Positions 41,076 through 54,571 of a stretch of DNA of 64,000 nucleotides are shown here, piece by piece. The stretch's first letter is position 1, and each line of letters begins with the position of its first letter. Position numbers and translations under genes: made by a program. The notes beneath the pieces were generated by a model that had not been told where the DNA came from, ran no database searches, and saw nothing but the letters and a program-made list of their open reading frames with translations. Source of the DNA: Magallana gigas (Eukaryota); NCBI RefSeq assembly GCF_963853765.1, contig NC_088854.1:33852001-33916000 (forward strand), given 5' to 3'.

Positions 41076-41689
41076 TGCATTCAGCAAGTCTCGGTCGATT
41101 ACATAGAATTTAATACAGGCACCGTACTACTCGTCAAGGTTTTCCGATTAATCCATGCTATTATTGGTACGCATGCGCTAGGCCATCGTGCTTACTATGA
41201 ATGTTTATAAATATTTTAATGTGTACATGTAACATATATGTTTACCAGTGCTGGCTATGCCTAATCATTATCTACTCCACACAAAATTTAATGTCCGCCA
41301 TATACATGTATAATGTGTACATAAGCACTTCCAGACGTCTGTCACTTACCAGCCGTCTGTTCATCGTGGACTAAACACAGTAACATTCTTATTTCATTAT
41401 GCGACACTCCTTGCTCATGCATGGATCTGGAGGGGGAGAGGAGATCTGCCCCCCCCCCCCCCGGAAAATTCAATATTAATAATTTCACGCAGTAAAAGGG
41501 GAGAGGGAGTCCTGACCCCATCCCCCCGGATAATTTTATTTTATTAATTTTATAACAAAAAAAAATGCCTCGGAACCCTTTAAACGATGGAGAGCTCCGC
41601 AATTATAAAACATAGGTAATCACAGATTACAAAGCTCACCGAGACGAGGCATCACCTTTATAAGGCATCACCTTTATAAGACCACCTTT

Positions 41690-43270
41690 ATCATATTATA
41701 TGAAAACCATCCTTTATGATCTTGGATATTCATGGATTCTGTTTTGAAACAATATCGTATATTATCTGTTAAAAATTGTATGATAATCATATGTTCATAT
41801 GTTAATCAATACAATAATATAAAATTAAAATTGCATCCTATCATAATTACAATATATATCATATAATACCATAAAATACCGTAAAAAAAATTGTGAGATA
41901 TGATATTGTAACGTATGATATGACATTGTATTGTGTTATACATTATTATATTTGATCAAACAATACAATATCATAAAACATAATACAATATAGTATTATA
42001 TGAAACAATATCATACTGCAATAATACATCATAACATTGAAACATATGATGTTACATTGTATAATTAAGCATTGAATCATTATTGTTCCATGCTTATATT
42101 TACGTTTTTTAAACATGTATTTCCTTCCCGCAAATATGATTTTTTTAAAAGGCTCTGTTTTATTCAATGAGTATTGCGAAATTAACGGAATTGCCACTTG
42201 AACAGCCGAAATATCCTGACAAAAATAGTGCACATCGTTTTATATTCTAATAACACAATTTTATTTTTCTTTCTGTAATTTAATGAAATTACTCTTGATA
42301 TACTAAGAAATTAATCAATTGAATTCATTTAACTGTCAAAATATATTTACATCAATGAGATATTTATCAGCGTAAGTATAATATCAGGTCGTTATCTGGT
42401 TTGAAGTCGCGAGAAGAGTCAGTTCTTGTTCTTCGAGATATACTGAAGGAATACTGAATGTATTCATACGCACCAGATTTGGTGATTGGGTCTTCTGTAT
42501 TATGCGTAAATATCACTCAAATCAACCAATGCAATTTAATAGAGGGAACGAAAGTGAATGTAAATAGTATAATATGATATTGTATTGTATGATACTGTAT
42601 CGTATTTGATACATAATATGATATTGTATTATATAATAAAATATAATTTAATACAACATTGTATCATATCAAATGATACAATATCATGGGATAAAGTAAA
42701 ATATTTATAGTAATTAATAATAAATTAGTAAAAATTCAATCATACTATACACATTGTATCATATGATACAATAATATATATCAAAATATCATAAAATACA
42801 ATTTCATGTGATATGATAATATATAATATAAACCAATATTACATTATACAATATCGTATGATACGATATTTTATAATATTACAATATAATATATAAAATT
42901 TCATGTTTTATAATTCTATATTACAGAAACCAATATCATATTATACAATACTGTATGATACAATATAATAGAATATACAATATTTTATCATAGGATGCAA
43001 TATTAAATATTGCAATATCATATGTAATAGCATCATTGGATTAAATAATCAATAAATAATACAATATAATATAATATTATACAATATTGTATCATAATAT
43101 TTAATACTATAGATAACAATATCATGATACAATATCATATCATAAAATATTTAAAAAAAATGATACAATATTTTATCGTATCATATAACGTTTTACAGTA
43201 TGACATATGGTATTATATTGTATCCTATTAAACAAGTGTGTTTCATATCATACAATACTATATCATAGGA
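41690..43270. repeat. Two AT-rich degenerate pentamer arrays (41690-42070 and 42570-43270), partly inverted to each other
   Basis: ATACA/ATATC/ATATG units. TTGCATCCTATCATA in the left array matches the reverse complement of TATCATAGGATGCAA in the right array. Confidence 0.7.
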
Positions 43271-43299
43271 ATTATGTTACATCATTTAACAACAACAAC

Positions 43300-44539
43300 A
43301 TATATCTATCAAGCAGGTTTGAGTGAGGTAGGAGATTTTTTTTACCATCCTTGATAATGGAGATCAGGCTCTGCATCTGTAGCAACCTCTGCGTTTCATT
43401 TATAATATAGTTAAATCAACTATGCAAGCTATCATCTATAAAACATGTGACCTGTTCCAAAATACTAAACCTCATCAAGAATCATAAACCTATGGCTCAG
43501 ATTCAGCATAAGGTATCATCATCAGAGAGCACTGCAATTAAAACTTTTACCTCGTCCAGCATCTCCAACCTTTGACTCTGATTCAGCATCCATGCCTGTC
43601 AGGTGAATCTGTATCATAAGACACACCATCCATTCAGTTTAGGTGAAGTTAGGACCTGCAATAACTAAGATATATATTTTGAGCATCCTTGATAATGGAG
43701 ATCAAGCTCTGCATCTGAAGTTACCTCTGCGATTCATTCATATTACAGTTTAATCAGCTACGATGTTTGAAATAGTACTGTTATCTATTATACATGTTAC
43801 CTGTTCCAAAAAACTTAACATTATCCAGCATCCGAAACCTATGGCTCAGACTCAGCATTCAAGCCTGTCATGTGCATCAGTATCATAAGACGCACCATCC
43901 ATGGAAGTCTGGTGAAGTTAGGACAAGTAATAACTAAGATATCATCATCAGTGGGCACCTGTTTCAACAACTTTAACCAGTTCTTAAAATCTTAACCTCC
44001 TCCAGCATCCGAAACCTGTGGCTCAGGTTCAGCATTTAAGCCTGTCAGGTGCATCAGTATTATAAGACGCACCGTCCATACAAGTTTAATGAAGTTAGGA
44101 CCAGTAGTTACTAAGATATTATCATTAAAAGGCACCTGCAACAAAAACTTTAACCAGCTCCAAAAACATTAAACTCCTCCAGCATCCGAAACCTCTAGCT
44201 CAGATTCAGCACTCAAGCCTGTCTGGTGCGTCAGTATTATAAGACACACCACCCATGCAAGTTTGGTGAAGTACGGACCAGCAGTAACTTAGATATTGCT
44301 ATTAAAGGCACCTGCAACAAAAACTTTAACCTGCTCCAAAAACCTTAACCTCCTTCAGCATCTGAAAGTTAGGAACCAGATTCAGTAGGTCCAGATCCAT
44401 CATCCATGTAACTTTGGTAAAGAGAGGACAAGTAATAGCTTAGATACAGGAGCTGCAACTAAAACTTTAACCAGCTCCAGACGCCGACGCCGGGGGCATA
44501 GCATATGCTCCCATTGACTTCGTCTCGGTGAGCTAAAAA
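43300..44539 (+). mobile_element. Helentron/HINE-type non-autonomous element carrying a ~177-bp tandem repeat
   Basis: CCAGCATCCGAAACC recurs at 43825, 44002 and 44179, with a variant at 44355 (period 176-177). A 338-bp duplication lies at 43346/43684. The terminus is GGGGGCATAGCATATGCTCCC...CGGTGAGCTAAAAA (short palindrome plus A-tail), the layout known for oyster Helentron-associated satellites. Confidence 0.75.
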
Positions 44540-45946
44540 GGCGAAAGCGCGAAGATTCGAAGGCGAGAGTGCGAAGTTGCAAAGGCGAAGAAGCGGTAAT
44601 AGTATCACTTCTTCGCCTTCGCAACTTAGCACTTTCGTCTTCGCATCTTCGCGCTTCGCCGTCGCATCTTCTATATTCTTCATATTGTTCATGAAATATA
44701 CTTGCATTGAGGATTTCCACAATACAAACTGCTGGGTATACACGAGCATCACCCAGAATTAATGATGAAACCAAAATTATGAAACGTTTACTCAACTGTT
44801 AGGCATTATAACCAAGCTGAAGTTAGTAGGCACTGACAGCAGCCATTACGCCAGTAGAGGTTAACGGCCAATAAGGAAAATCGTCAAAGTACTGAGAGTA
44901 CTCGTACAGAAAATATATTTTACTTTATCCTCGGCATACTTTAGTAAGTTTAGTTAATATCAAGATGATTAATGCATCAATAATTTGTATGAGCATTGGT
45001 AACTTTGGATACAATAAAGATCGTTTGATCAAAATCAAGCAGGATATAAACCCCTAACATGGGCCCTAACCTCTTATCAACGCTTTTAGAAACGATCTTT
45101 TCTTATTATAATCGATCAGTGTTTATTATCTATTAAGATTTTCTATAGTCAGGTACTCTTCACAAATTTGCTCTAAAAGAATAAAGTCTATTCATGATCA
45201 CAAATACAACATTACAACAAATGTTTAGAATATTGATGTTCATGTATTACGTAGAAGAAAACAAAACTAACGCAGAATGATTTTTTTAAAAATCACTTTC
45301 CCCAAGAAATGTATATTAGAAATATTCATATTCCTACGTTACCTGCCCCCTTAGTCTTTTTCCATAAAGATATATACATGTATCATTCTTCGATTGACAA
45401 TTCATTCACCAATGAATATTGCTTATATTATTACAACAATTATTCTTTCATGATTATTGTTCGTTAATTATCACACAATATCCTCATTGTGTATGAATTT
45501 TTCTTTATAGGTGTCATTTCCCGCCGTATGTCGACGAGAGAAGTAACTTAACTGTTAACAATCAATTTGTGGCAATGTAAGAGTGTTTTGCGTGTGCTTG
45601 CTACAGATAAGAAAAACTATATACAGCGATTTATTTACAAGTTAGGTGTTTATAACTTCAAAATCAGTTGAACAGAGTGAAAAATTAAGTAATTTCAAAG
45701 TCATATCTTGGATACGGGATAACCAATGTCTATTCACGTTTACGGGGGGGGGGGGGGTCATTTGTTATGGGGGTCATTTTTCTTCATGTTTAACATGAAG
45801 AAAAATAACCCCTGGGTCTTTTTTCTTCAGAAAAATCCTATTATTCTTCAGCTAGGGGGGTCATTATTCTACGGGGGTCATTATTCTTCATTACACCGGC
45901 AGTCACGTGTTATGTGGCATTTCAGCTCAAAGGAAAGCAAAACCTG

Positions 45947-46302
45947 GGCTGCGTTCAAGTTCGTAGCAGCTAGGCTGTAAATATATAGGTCTATTGAACG
46001 GACCACTAGGTTAGTCGCTAGGTATCTGATTTGAAGTTAGAAATAGTCTATTAAAGACTAATTGCATCAACGTTCTTTGTTAATTTCAAGCGTAAATATA
46101 CATTTTAAAATTCATTTTAACTTATAGGATGAACAAAATATCCCTAAATAAATAGATTTCATCTTTGTTACAAAGTAGTTAATAAGGTAGCCATATAAAA
46201 TAATTAAGCTACGAATGTCTACGTAGTGGCTAGGTTAGCTTACCGTTCAACAACGTAGCTGCTACGTAGCCTCACGCAGCAGCTACGATCTTGAACGCAG
46301 CC
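45947..46302. mobile_element. MITE with GGCTGCGTTCAAG terminal inverted repeats (PIF/Harbinger-like ends)
   Basis: GGCTGCGTTCAAGTTCGTAGCAGCT at 45947 and AGCAGCTACGATCTTGAACGCAGCC ending at 46302. Confidence 0.75.
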
Positions 46303-46485
46303 AACTGTGTACATTTATTTCCAAACTTTTGAGGCCAAGAATTTCTGGCACTTTGCAAAACCAGTAAGCTTTTTTTAAATATATTTTTTCCCTTTATTTA
46401 CAAGTAATTCTTAAATAAACATAACAACTAAAAAACTTGTGTAAACTAAAAATGAAAAATAACAAACAGAAGAATTAATAAAAAA

Positions 46486-46490
<5 letters not shown>

Positions 46491-46559
<69 letters not shown>
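46491..46559. repeat. (CT)n microsatellite
   Basis: Pure dinucleotide run. Confidence 0.98.
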
Positions 46560-46562
<3 letters not shown>

Positions 46563-46800
46563 TGTACATAACATTACTGTATCATTTACATATTAACAAT
46601 GGTCTTTGAGAGACATAAACAACTTTGCTCTTACGTTTACTGAGTATGCTTTAGTTCCTACATTTCTATGCCCAAGTCCTTACATTAATATTCTTCACAT
46701 ATTTATGTATCTGAGTCAGTCTATGCATTCGAATGTGTATTGTATATGTTGTATGCAATAAAATATGCTCAATTCAGTTTAGCAATAGTCCCTATATTTC

Positions 46801-46910
46801 TATGCCTCAGTCCCTGCATCTCTATGCCTCAGTCCCTACATATTTATGCCTCAGTCTCTACATCTCTATGCCTCAGTTGCTACATTCCTATGCTTCAGTC
46901 CCTACATTTG
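46801..46910. repeat. 22-bp minisatellite, 5 copies
   Basis: TATGCCTCAGTCCCTACATCTC variants start at 46801, 46823, 46845, 46867 and 46889. Two degenerate copies lie near 46647. Confidence 0.9.
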
Positions 46911-47864
46911 AATGCGTCAATCCATTGCGTTGTACGACATAGATCGTCTTTGGAACACAAAGATTCTATAAGTAACAAGGCACAAATTTAGATAGGTATA
47001 TTATGCATACTGACAAAACAATCCCAAAGAGAATTTTGGTCAAACAAAAAATCTTCTCAGGGCAAATATATGAAGCCCTTTTTTTAACAAAGTCTCATTG
47101 TTGTCTTAAAATACATAACTGATTGTTGCTCGTGAAAAGTACATCAGTTCTAAATATATCAAAAAGATCTTCATGAGAGCATATCGTTGGATCGTTGGAG
47201 AAAAAAAAGACGTTTGTATCATAAACAATACAAGTTTGTCAAACTGACAAATCAATTGGTTTAATGAATATGATATTGTTTTAAGGAACTGTTTGCATTT
47301 GCATTGGATAGAGAAGACGAGTGATTTGATGACAATATGAACTCTCGCTCTCTTGATTTGTCATAAATTATTAATGTTTTGCAATGATGGTCATTAATAT
47401 TTCATGATGACACTTTTGGGTAATGAATTCCATGTTTCTTGGTTTTTAGAAGTGAAGAACATGTCAAGTGACATAATTAAAGCTTAATTAATTAATTAAA
47501 TTTCTTTCATTCTTGATGTCTTTTTATTAATTGCATGTCTAGACCAGAAGCCTTGAATTTACAAGTACGTGTTGTTTACTGAAAGACTTCCCGTTGTGTA
47601 AATTGGAACATAAATATCATATATATAGCAATAAACTTTTCGATTGTTCCACCCACAAAATCAAATGGATGTTAACAGAAAATTTTAAAGGTCTTTCATC
47701 AAAACAAAGAAATTCTTACTGAAAATGTCTTGTAGAGTTTTCACTCAAATATATCGTTTTGTGTATTTACTTTTTGAAGAATGATTTGTTTATTCGCCTA
47801 CCTGTAACTACAATACACATTATAAGCTATGGTAAATTACAAACACACTATATAGAACACTTAC

Positions 47865-50453
47865 TCCGCTGAGATCGGACGAAGCCTTTACCCGTACACG
47901 TCATTCTGTGACACAGGAACCGCAGTCCGAAGGAATCCTTGAAGTCGGACGGAAACACACACTTCCCGTTAATTTTGCACCCTGTAAGCATGTAAAAAAG
48001 TTCAATGGAGAAAATTCCCCACTTTACCTAACTACCACTGTACTCTTTTCAGATCAAATTCCTAATACCGTATACATGTACTAGTTTCCACGGTGAGGGA
48101 TTTTTACGCGTGGTACAAAGTTTGTGTAATTTCGAAAATAGATCATAACGAAAATAATCGAATACTAGCATACGGTATACTGGTAATATTCACGATTTAA
48201 ATGCGATGTTTGGAATTTTTCTAAATGGTGGTCAGTTAGTTTTAAAGAATTTGTCAAAGTGTCAGGGTGACCAACATTAGTCTGTCCAAAGGGAGAAGGG
48301 ACCGATTTCTTTTTATAGTCTGGGAAATTGGATAAACATAATGTAATGTGGTACTTCACTTTTTATTGATAACGCACTGCATTGTTAAGCCAGGTTTTCG
48401 TACCCCACAAAATTTTACCGTAAAATTTGTCAAGGTAATTTCTGGTTTGTATGAAGTCAATTAGCTCTTTTTTTTAAGATATTGATTGGTAAATGTTACC
48501 AATATATATACATATTTTATTCTTCATTTTATGTCACCACAATCTATATATATACATGTAAGCCGTATTTATAATTTCGTCATTTACATACATATTGATT
48601 GATTGACAGGACGGGAATTGAAGACAGCTAAGGTCATGACTTTGAAATTCTCCTGTTAGGTTTTAATTTCTTAATGAATACGAAAGTCAACTTTCGTTAT
48701 TATTGTGTTTTAGTAAAGTCCTCATTAAACTTTTTCTAATTACAATAATTAAACAAGATGTTTGATTCACACGTGATCGGGGTGCTAATTTCGTTCATGT
48801 TTCAGTAACAAATTACTGCGTCTTTCAAAAGATAGCCATTTCACTATTTCAATTTCCTTGCAGTAATTTTATTTCGGATATTTTCACTTTTCTTCCCAAA
48901 AATTTGCTTAAAATGGTTTTCAAGGTAAAATATTCTTTATAATGGTGTTGTTGTAATCTAGTGTGAATAAACATGAACGTCATAGGTACAAGCACTGTTT
49001 TAATACAAACTGCATGTACTAATGACAATCGTGATACTAATACTGCAAAACTTTTTGTCAGGAAAAGGTGATAAGGTTAATAAATCTTGTTGGAACTACA
49101 AAATCACTTAATAGTACTTCTATATAAATTGAATTCTGAATAAAATCTGCACCGTTTTCCTCATTATCATTTCCTTGGTTAAAAATTAACATTATCTTGC
49201 AGATTTTCTGGAATTAACTATTACAGATTTAAATGCTTCGTCCAGATGTAGAACAGTAATTATCCGTTAATGATATAATAATTAATACACTAAGCCTGAT
49301 TTTTACACTACACGCTGCATATATATGGCACGATCACAGGTGATGGTGGGTTTTGTTTTCCGGTAAAGTTTACGTTACATAATCTGTATTCAAATTATTT
49401 ATGCTTAACATTTCTATTGCGACATACTTAGATACTATACAGTAACCACAAAGATTTCCGAAAACAGAAAGTATATGCCAAGGATAAATTAAGAGTTTGC
49501 GTTTACAATCCAACGAGGTTTTTTTTATTAGTTTGTTTGTTTTTTCTCTTTTTATTTTTTTTTGGGGGGGGGGGGGGTATTCACTGTTAACTAATTTTTT
49601 ATTGTAAAACCAACTTATCTCACCCCTAGTGTGCTTCATACTGTAGCCCTGGTGGTCAACAAAACAGGTGGACTTGATACACGTGGACTGGTCAACATTG
49701 GACTCCCCAGGAAGACATCGAAACGTAGAGGACATTATGGTGGCACAGTCTACAAGAGAAAACCAAAAATAAAAAATAAACTGCACGAAATGGAATCATT
49801 TGTTTAAACTTAAAATGTGTTACATGCAGTTCATTTATTTTTTCATTGGATATGTTACCAGTCCCCCCCCCCACCTCCTTAATTTTAATGTGCAGCGAGC
49901 ATGATGCAGAAACGTGTTGTGTGAATGTGACAACTGTCTTATGCAGGAAGACTGACCTTCGTTTGATTTCTGAAACTTGTTTCCGTAACATTTCAGTGTT
50001 TGGCAAGACCCTGGCAGGGCCACGGATTCTCCGTCCGGAATTGCACGCCCCTCGTATACACAACCTGCAAGTTACGTAATCAGCAAAAATCAAACTCTAC
50101 AAAGGATTTCTGCGCAAAGACTCTTGTATCGATAAAGGAAACAGGTTTAACAACTGATCGCTAGATTTCGCTTGAGGAAATTATATAAGCACAATTTGGA
50201 AACATTTGATTTTATCTTTTTTTGCTTTAATTTGCAGTTGCTGTAACTCATATAAGATGCAAAAGACATTAACAACATAAATACAGACATTATACAGAGC
50301 ACCGTAATCTTTCTAAAGTCTAGCTTACAATCGGAACTTACCGGTATTGGTCTTTGGCTGGAATAAGTTCCGGAACACAGTGTAGGAAGTGACCTCGGTC
50401 AAACTCCACAGGCCCCCCAACAAATATGTGATCAGAACGCCGTAAAGGTTCAT
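47865..50453 (-). CDS. Secreted Cys-rich protein with three VWC-like exon modules (~155-165 aa, final exon uncertain)
   Basis: Exons 50342-50453 (signal peptide MNLYGVLITYLLGGLWSLTEVTS), 49957-50064 (GCVYEGRAIPDGESVALPGSCQTLKCYGNKF), 49624-49749 (DCATIMSSTFRCLPGESNVDQSTCIKSTCFVDHQGY), 47865-47981 (GCKINGKCVFPSDFKDSFGLRFLCHRMTCTGKGF). All phase 1 with canonical splice sites. An upstream exon has its donor near 50744, with a TATA-like TATTTAAAT near 50820. Confidence 0.75.
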
Positions 50454-51498
50454 TGTCTCCAACAGCAAAGGATCTAGTAGAAAATGCGTTGACAGTTATA
50501 GTTATTAAGTGTGTAATTTAAATGTAATTAACAAAATATTCATCAAAAGAAGACATTAATAATTTTTTATTACAAATCACATCGCTCTCAGACATATCCG
50601 AAACAAACCATTTTAATGCGTACTTTAAAACTGGACTTACTAATCAGGTCAATTTTTTTTTTTACTGATAATTAAATGTGAATTTAGCAATTTATAAAGA
50701 CTTTTGAAACTCTTTGCAGCAATTAGCTTAAAATGTTGTCTTACCTGGCGCAGGTTTGGATGAGCACGTCCGAACGTTTAACATGCAATGTTAGAGCTAT
50801 CAAAGGAGTTCTCTGGATTTAAATATAGCCAGCAATGACATCACGCAAGATAACGTTTTGACGCACCTGACAACTTGACAACAATCAGCGGGGCTTGGTA
50901 AACTGGGTTTCTGCTAAACCCAGACAGTTTTGGTTAAGTTAACCCTTGGAACATGCTAATGATATGATTATATAATGCTTTTAAACTGGTGTTCATTCGA
51001 TGATAAAATTTTATCTACACTGCACATCACAAAATGCATAGGTAATGTGACAAATTGCAGTAATAGTGAAATGATGTTTGCAGACACTTTTTGGACTTTG
51101 CAAAAATTTTAACAGGCGTTTATTGTGTAAATATGACAGATGATCCACAAGATAAAAGACGAATTAGTGGCATGAAAATTTCATGCATTGACTATGTCAT
51201 TAATTAGGAAGTGCGTGAACAATTCTGCCTAGCTTTAACTGATCCTTTGTTGAAACCAAAACCCTAGGCGTTGACATAATGAAGACATGTTGCACCAGCA
51301 TGATGGTTATTGGCGTATATTTTCATACTCTTCATCGTATAGAGCAAATGAAAATGCGATAGATAATTTTAAAAAATAATTAGAATTTTCCATTTTTGCA
51401 AATGTTAAAATGTCATCGCATTTCTCTCATTGTTTTTTGGTTTTGTTTGTAGAATATGCATTGTGTGAACTTTTGCTTAGTCTTGATTTTTTTAAGGC

Positions 51499-51502
<4 letters not shown>

Positions 51503-51560
<58 letters not shown>
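51503..51560. repeat. (GA)n microsatellite
   Basis: Pure dinucleotide run; a similar run lies at 53065-53116. Confidence 0.97.
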
Positions 51561-51562
<2 letters not shown>

Positions 51563-53061
51563 GCAACGCATGTAATAAAATGATGGTGTTTTTATACAAT
51601 GCGTTTAGATATAAATTAAATATCTAAACGAACATCTGGTGATCTTGCAGAACACAATCATGATATTTTTTTACAGCTTAATCACGAAACCTATAAAAAT
51701 TTGAATTTGATAAATGTGTGGACATTTCTATTATTGATAGTCCATTAATAAAAAAAAAAATTCTTTTATAAACTTATAAATCTGTAAAGATGTGGTTAAA
51801 GTACAAAATTTACCAACGGTGGCATAAAAGAAATCAATTTTGAAACTGTCATAGTAAATCACTGCCTGTTTTAACAGGTCTACATTAATACTGTATAATT
51901 TCGCCATTAATTGGGATTGTGTGCGAGAAATCCTGGTAGATATTACGTGTGGCCGGTGTAAAAAGGTGAGTAAGTAACACCCTAACAGTCAATTACAATG
52001 GATCTAGATGCGATATACAGGAAAACAATAAAAAGAACTACCAAGAACTTCGGAGTGAATCATTTATTTGCATATTCAGGAATCAATATTACTGTCTATA
52101 TTATTCCGAATATCTTAATATTAATAAGTTTTAAATATTTGCTTCCTTAATAATTGCTATAATTACATACATGGACTTTGATTATTGTTTTTTGAATTCG
52201 GGGGGGGGGGGGGGGGGGGGGTCAGGGAAATTTCGAATTTTCTGGTATTGATAATCTTTTTGAATGTTGTTGTGGCGTTTGTATTTTAACTAGAAATCTC
52301 TACATTCTTATAATTCTAGAGAGTTCATGTTCGCGAAGTTTAATTGATTTACTGCATCAAACCTTTGCCCTTCTGTGCATTACTCCGACTCCAAACACCA
52401 AATCTAAAGTAAAAAACAAATTGATAATTTGTAATTCTTTTTAAGAGCAATGCGTTTTAACATTAAAAACGATTTCTAATCTTGGAACTCATTTTTTGAC
52501 CTGATTTGCATACGCACCGGAATTCTGCATCATTATGATAATGGTGCCCGCCCTTTCTATTTGTAGACACGCCGTTTTCAGAGTTAGAGTAGGATTTACA
52601 TACAAGTCTTAATCTTTTTTATTATTATCTTAATTTTAGGCCAGGCTGGCTGTAAAAGCCACCATGACTGATGGTTATGTCACATGTAGTAAATGAATTG
52701 AAGTGAGAGAAAAGCATTCGCTATGTCTTGTTTTTGTTTTCAAAAACCTTATACTTCGCCTTAACCATTCCTGCTTAAATCATCATTTACATACTCAAGG
52801 TTCAAGGTTAATGTTACCTATATTTCCATGTATACATATTACAAAACTCTTATAGAAAGGGGCGTGCTATAACTTTTGAGTTGAAATCATTATAGGGGTA
52901 AAGAAAAATATTTAATAAGTTTAAAGAGAAATCTTCATATCTACAAAAATACACACATCAGAATACAAAAAAAGTAATAATGGGAGAACAGGCGCAGATA
53001 CAGGGGGTTTCACTGAAGGAACTGCCACTATCCCCTTCTCCGGATTTGAAAAAATACTTCA

Positions 53062-53119
<58 letters not shown>

Positions 53120-53862
53120 GTGTTATACGGTATTATACAGTTAGTTCTTACTAACTTATGAAAGAGGTCTGTGTTTCACAAAGGGTTTCCAGTGTCTATT
53201 TCTTATTACTTTATGAATATATATACAATGCTTATCCATAGAGAGTCAAGACCTCCTTGGACTGATTAACGTTGTGTACACACAAATTCTGTGAAAAAAA
53301 TCAGTACCATTAAATTTTTCATGCAATTTCCTACTGATATCGCCACTTTACTTGCCTCAGACTTTCCTCGAAACACGCCTACCGACCTGGGAAAATGAAG
53401 TACATGTACTAATAGGATTAATCAGTCCAAAACTAGCGCAATTTTTTGTGCGCCGTAAATTGCTGGTGGTTTTTTTTTAGTATGGGAGGCACTGTAGCTC
53501 CCAGGTCGTCCATCCGATTTTTTTCAGACCGGGAGCTACAGACCTGCAGCTAGATGAAGTTTTGAGTATGTTGGAGTAACTAATGTTTCGGACCACAGAA
53601 ATTAGGCGCGTAAGCACCGGTCCTAGCTATGAGTGACATTGCTGGAACCATGCACAGACACATCAATTACGGATGCTCGACCCCAACTCCCTGGTTTTTT
53701 TTTTCTACTATGGCCCAAAGCGGGGGTATATATATTGGATATGTGTCGATTCATTGTCTATCTCATCCATATTTCGATTGTAATACAATCAATTTACATT
53801 TTTGGCCTCCTTTATACCAATATAATATTTTTGTAAACAGAAAAAAGAAGACTCTGTAATAG

Positions 53863-53945
53863 TGTCTTTTACTAATTAACAATTTTTAATTGTCAATGAG
53901 TCCGTGACTCATTGACAATTAAAAATTGTTAATTAGTAAAAGACA
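53863..53945. repeat. Perfect inverted repeat, 40-bp arms, 3-nt loop
   Basis: TGTCTTTTACTAATTAACAATTTTTAATTGTCAATGAGTC-cgt-GACTCATTGACAATTAAAAATTGTTAATTAGTAAAAGACA. Confidence 0.95.
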
Positions 53946-54571
53946 ATAGTATGCATAAACATCACAGAAGGTTACAAAATATCTTTATACAGCAAATAGT
54001 TGAAGCATAAACATAACAAGTACCTGACATTGTCATGTTTAAATTTTCAACTCTTTTCATTGCTTTGACAGTATCAAAGCATTTTCGCCTGCCAAGGGTC
54101 CGATTCACTTTTAACGATCTCCCAAGGGGTAGATGAGATTAAACGAAACGCACCCTTGGCTAGCAAAGTTGCTTTCGAAGGTAGTCAAGACGAAACCGAG
54201 ACACAATCGCTTGATCGACTTTTTCTGGTGTTTTTTTTCTCAATTATTCGAGTTGCTGTTCCTTTTCTGTGAAGATTACAAAGAATGTTCACAATCAAAC
54301 AAAAAGTATTAAAGAAATCTTTTGCAAAAAAATGTGGCAATATATTAATACTAAATTTTGTTTCATTCGAAACTACATGGTGCTGCTACAATGCAAATCT
54401 ACAAGTATGTTCACCCATATCAAAAATATATTACTATATGATAATTTTATATTGCTATCAACCGTATGTACGATATATTATGATACACGTGCTCGTCCTT
54501 TGGCTGATAATTCTTCACAACACTCCTCTTTCAAAATACAAACGTAACATACCATTTTCATTGTACATAGC

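Larger units (their letters stand above)
40464..45899. mobile_element. 5.4-kb segment bounded by inverted repeats (possible composite element, or two opposed copies of one family)
   Basis: CCGGTGTAATGAAGAATAATGACCCCCGTA at 40464 and its reverse complement ending at 45899. Each end has subterminal AATAATGACCCC repeats. No TSD seen. Confidence 0.55.

Noticed and set aside
40837-41113. Arg/Ala-rich ORFs here and at 44400-44795
   Set aside because: Translation products of the GCGAAG repeat.
43346-44470. Regularly spaced repeats as a CRISPR-like array
   Set aside because: Whole monomers repeat with no unique spacers, there are no cas genes, and the context is eukaryotic. It is a satellite.
41349-44795. 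Possible minus-strand gene from exon-like pieces at 44699-44795, ~42370-42495 and ~41349-41400
   Set aside because: No start exon, weak or missing donors, no recognisable product, and embedded in repeats.
48165-48660. Possible extra exons of the secreted Cys-rich gene
   Set aside because: AG sites exist but the donors are weak and the Cys module pattern is absent; the gene stays in frame without them.
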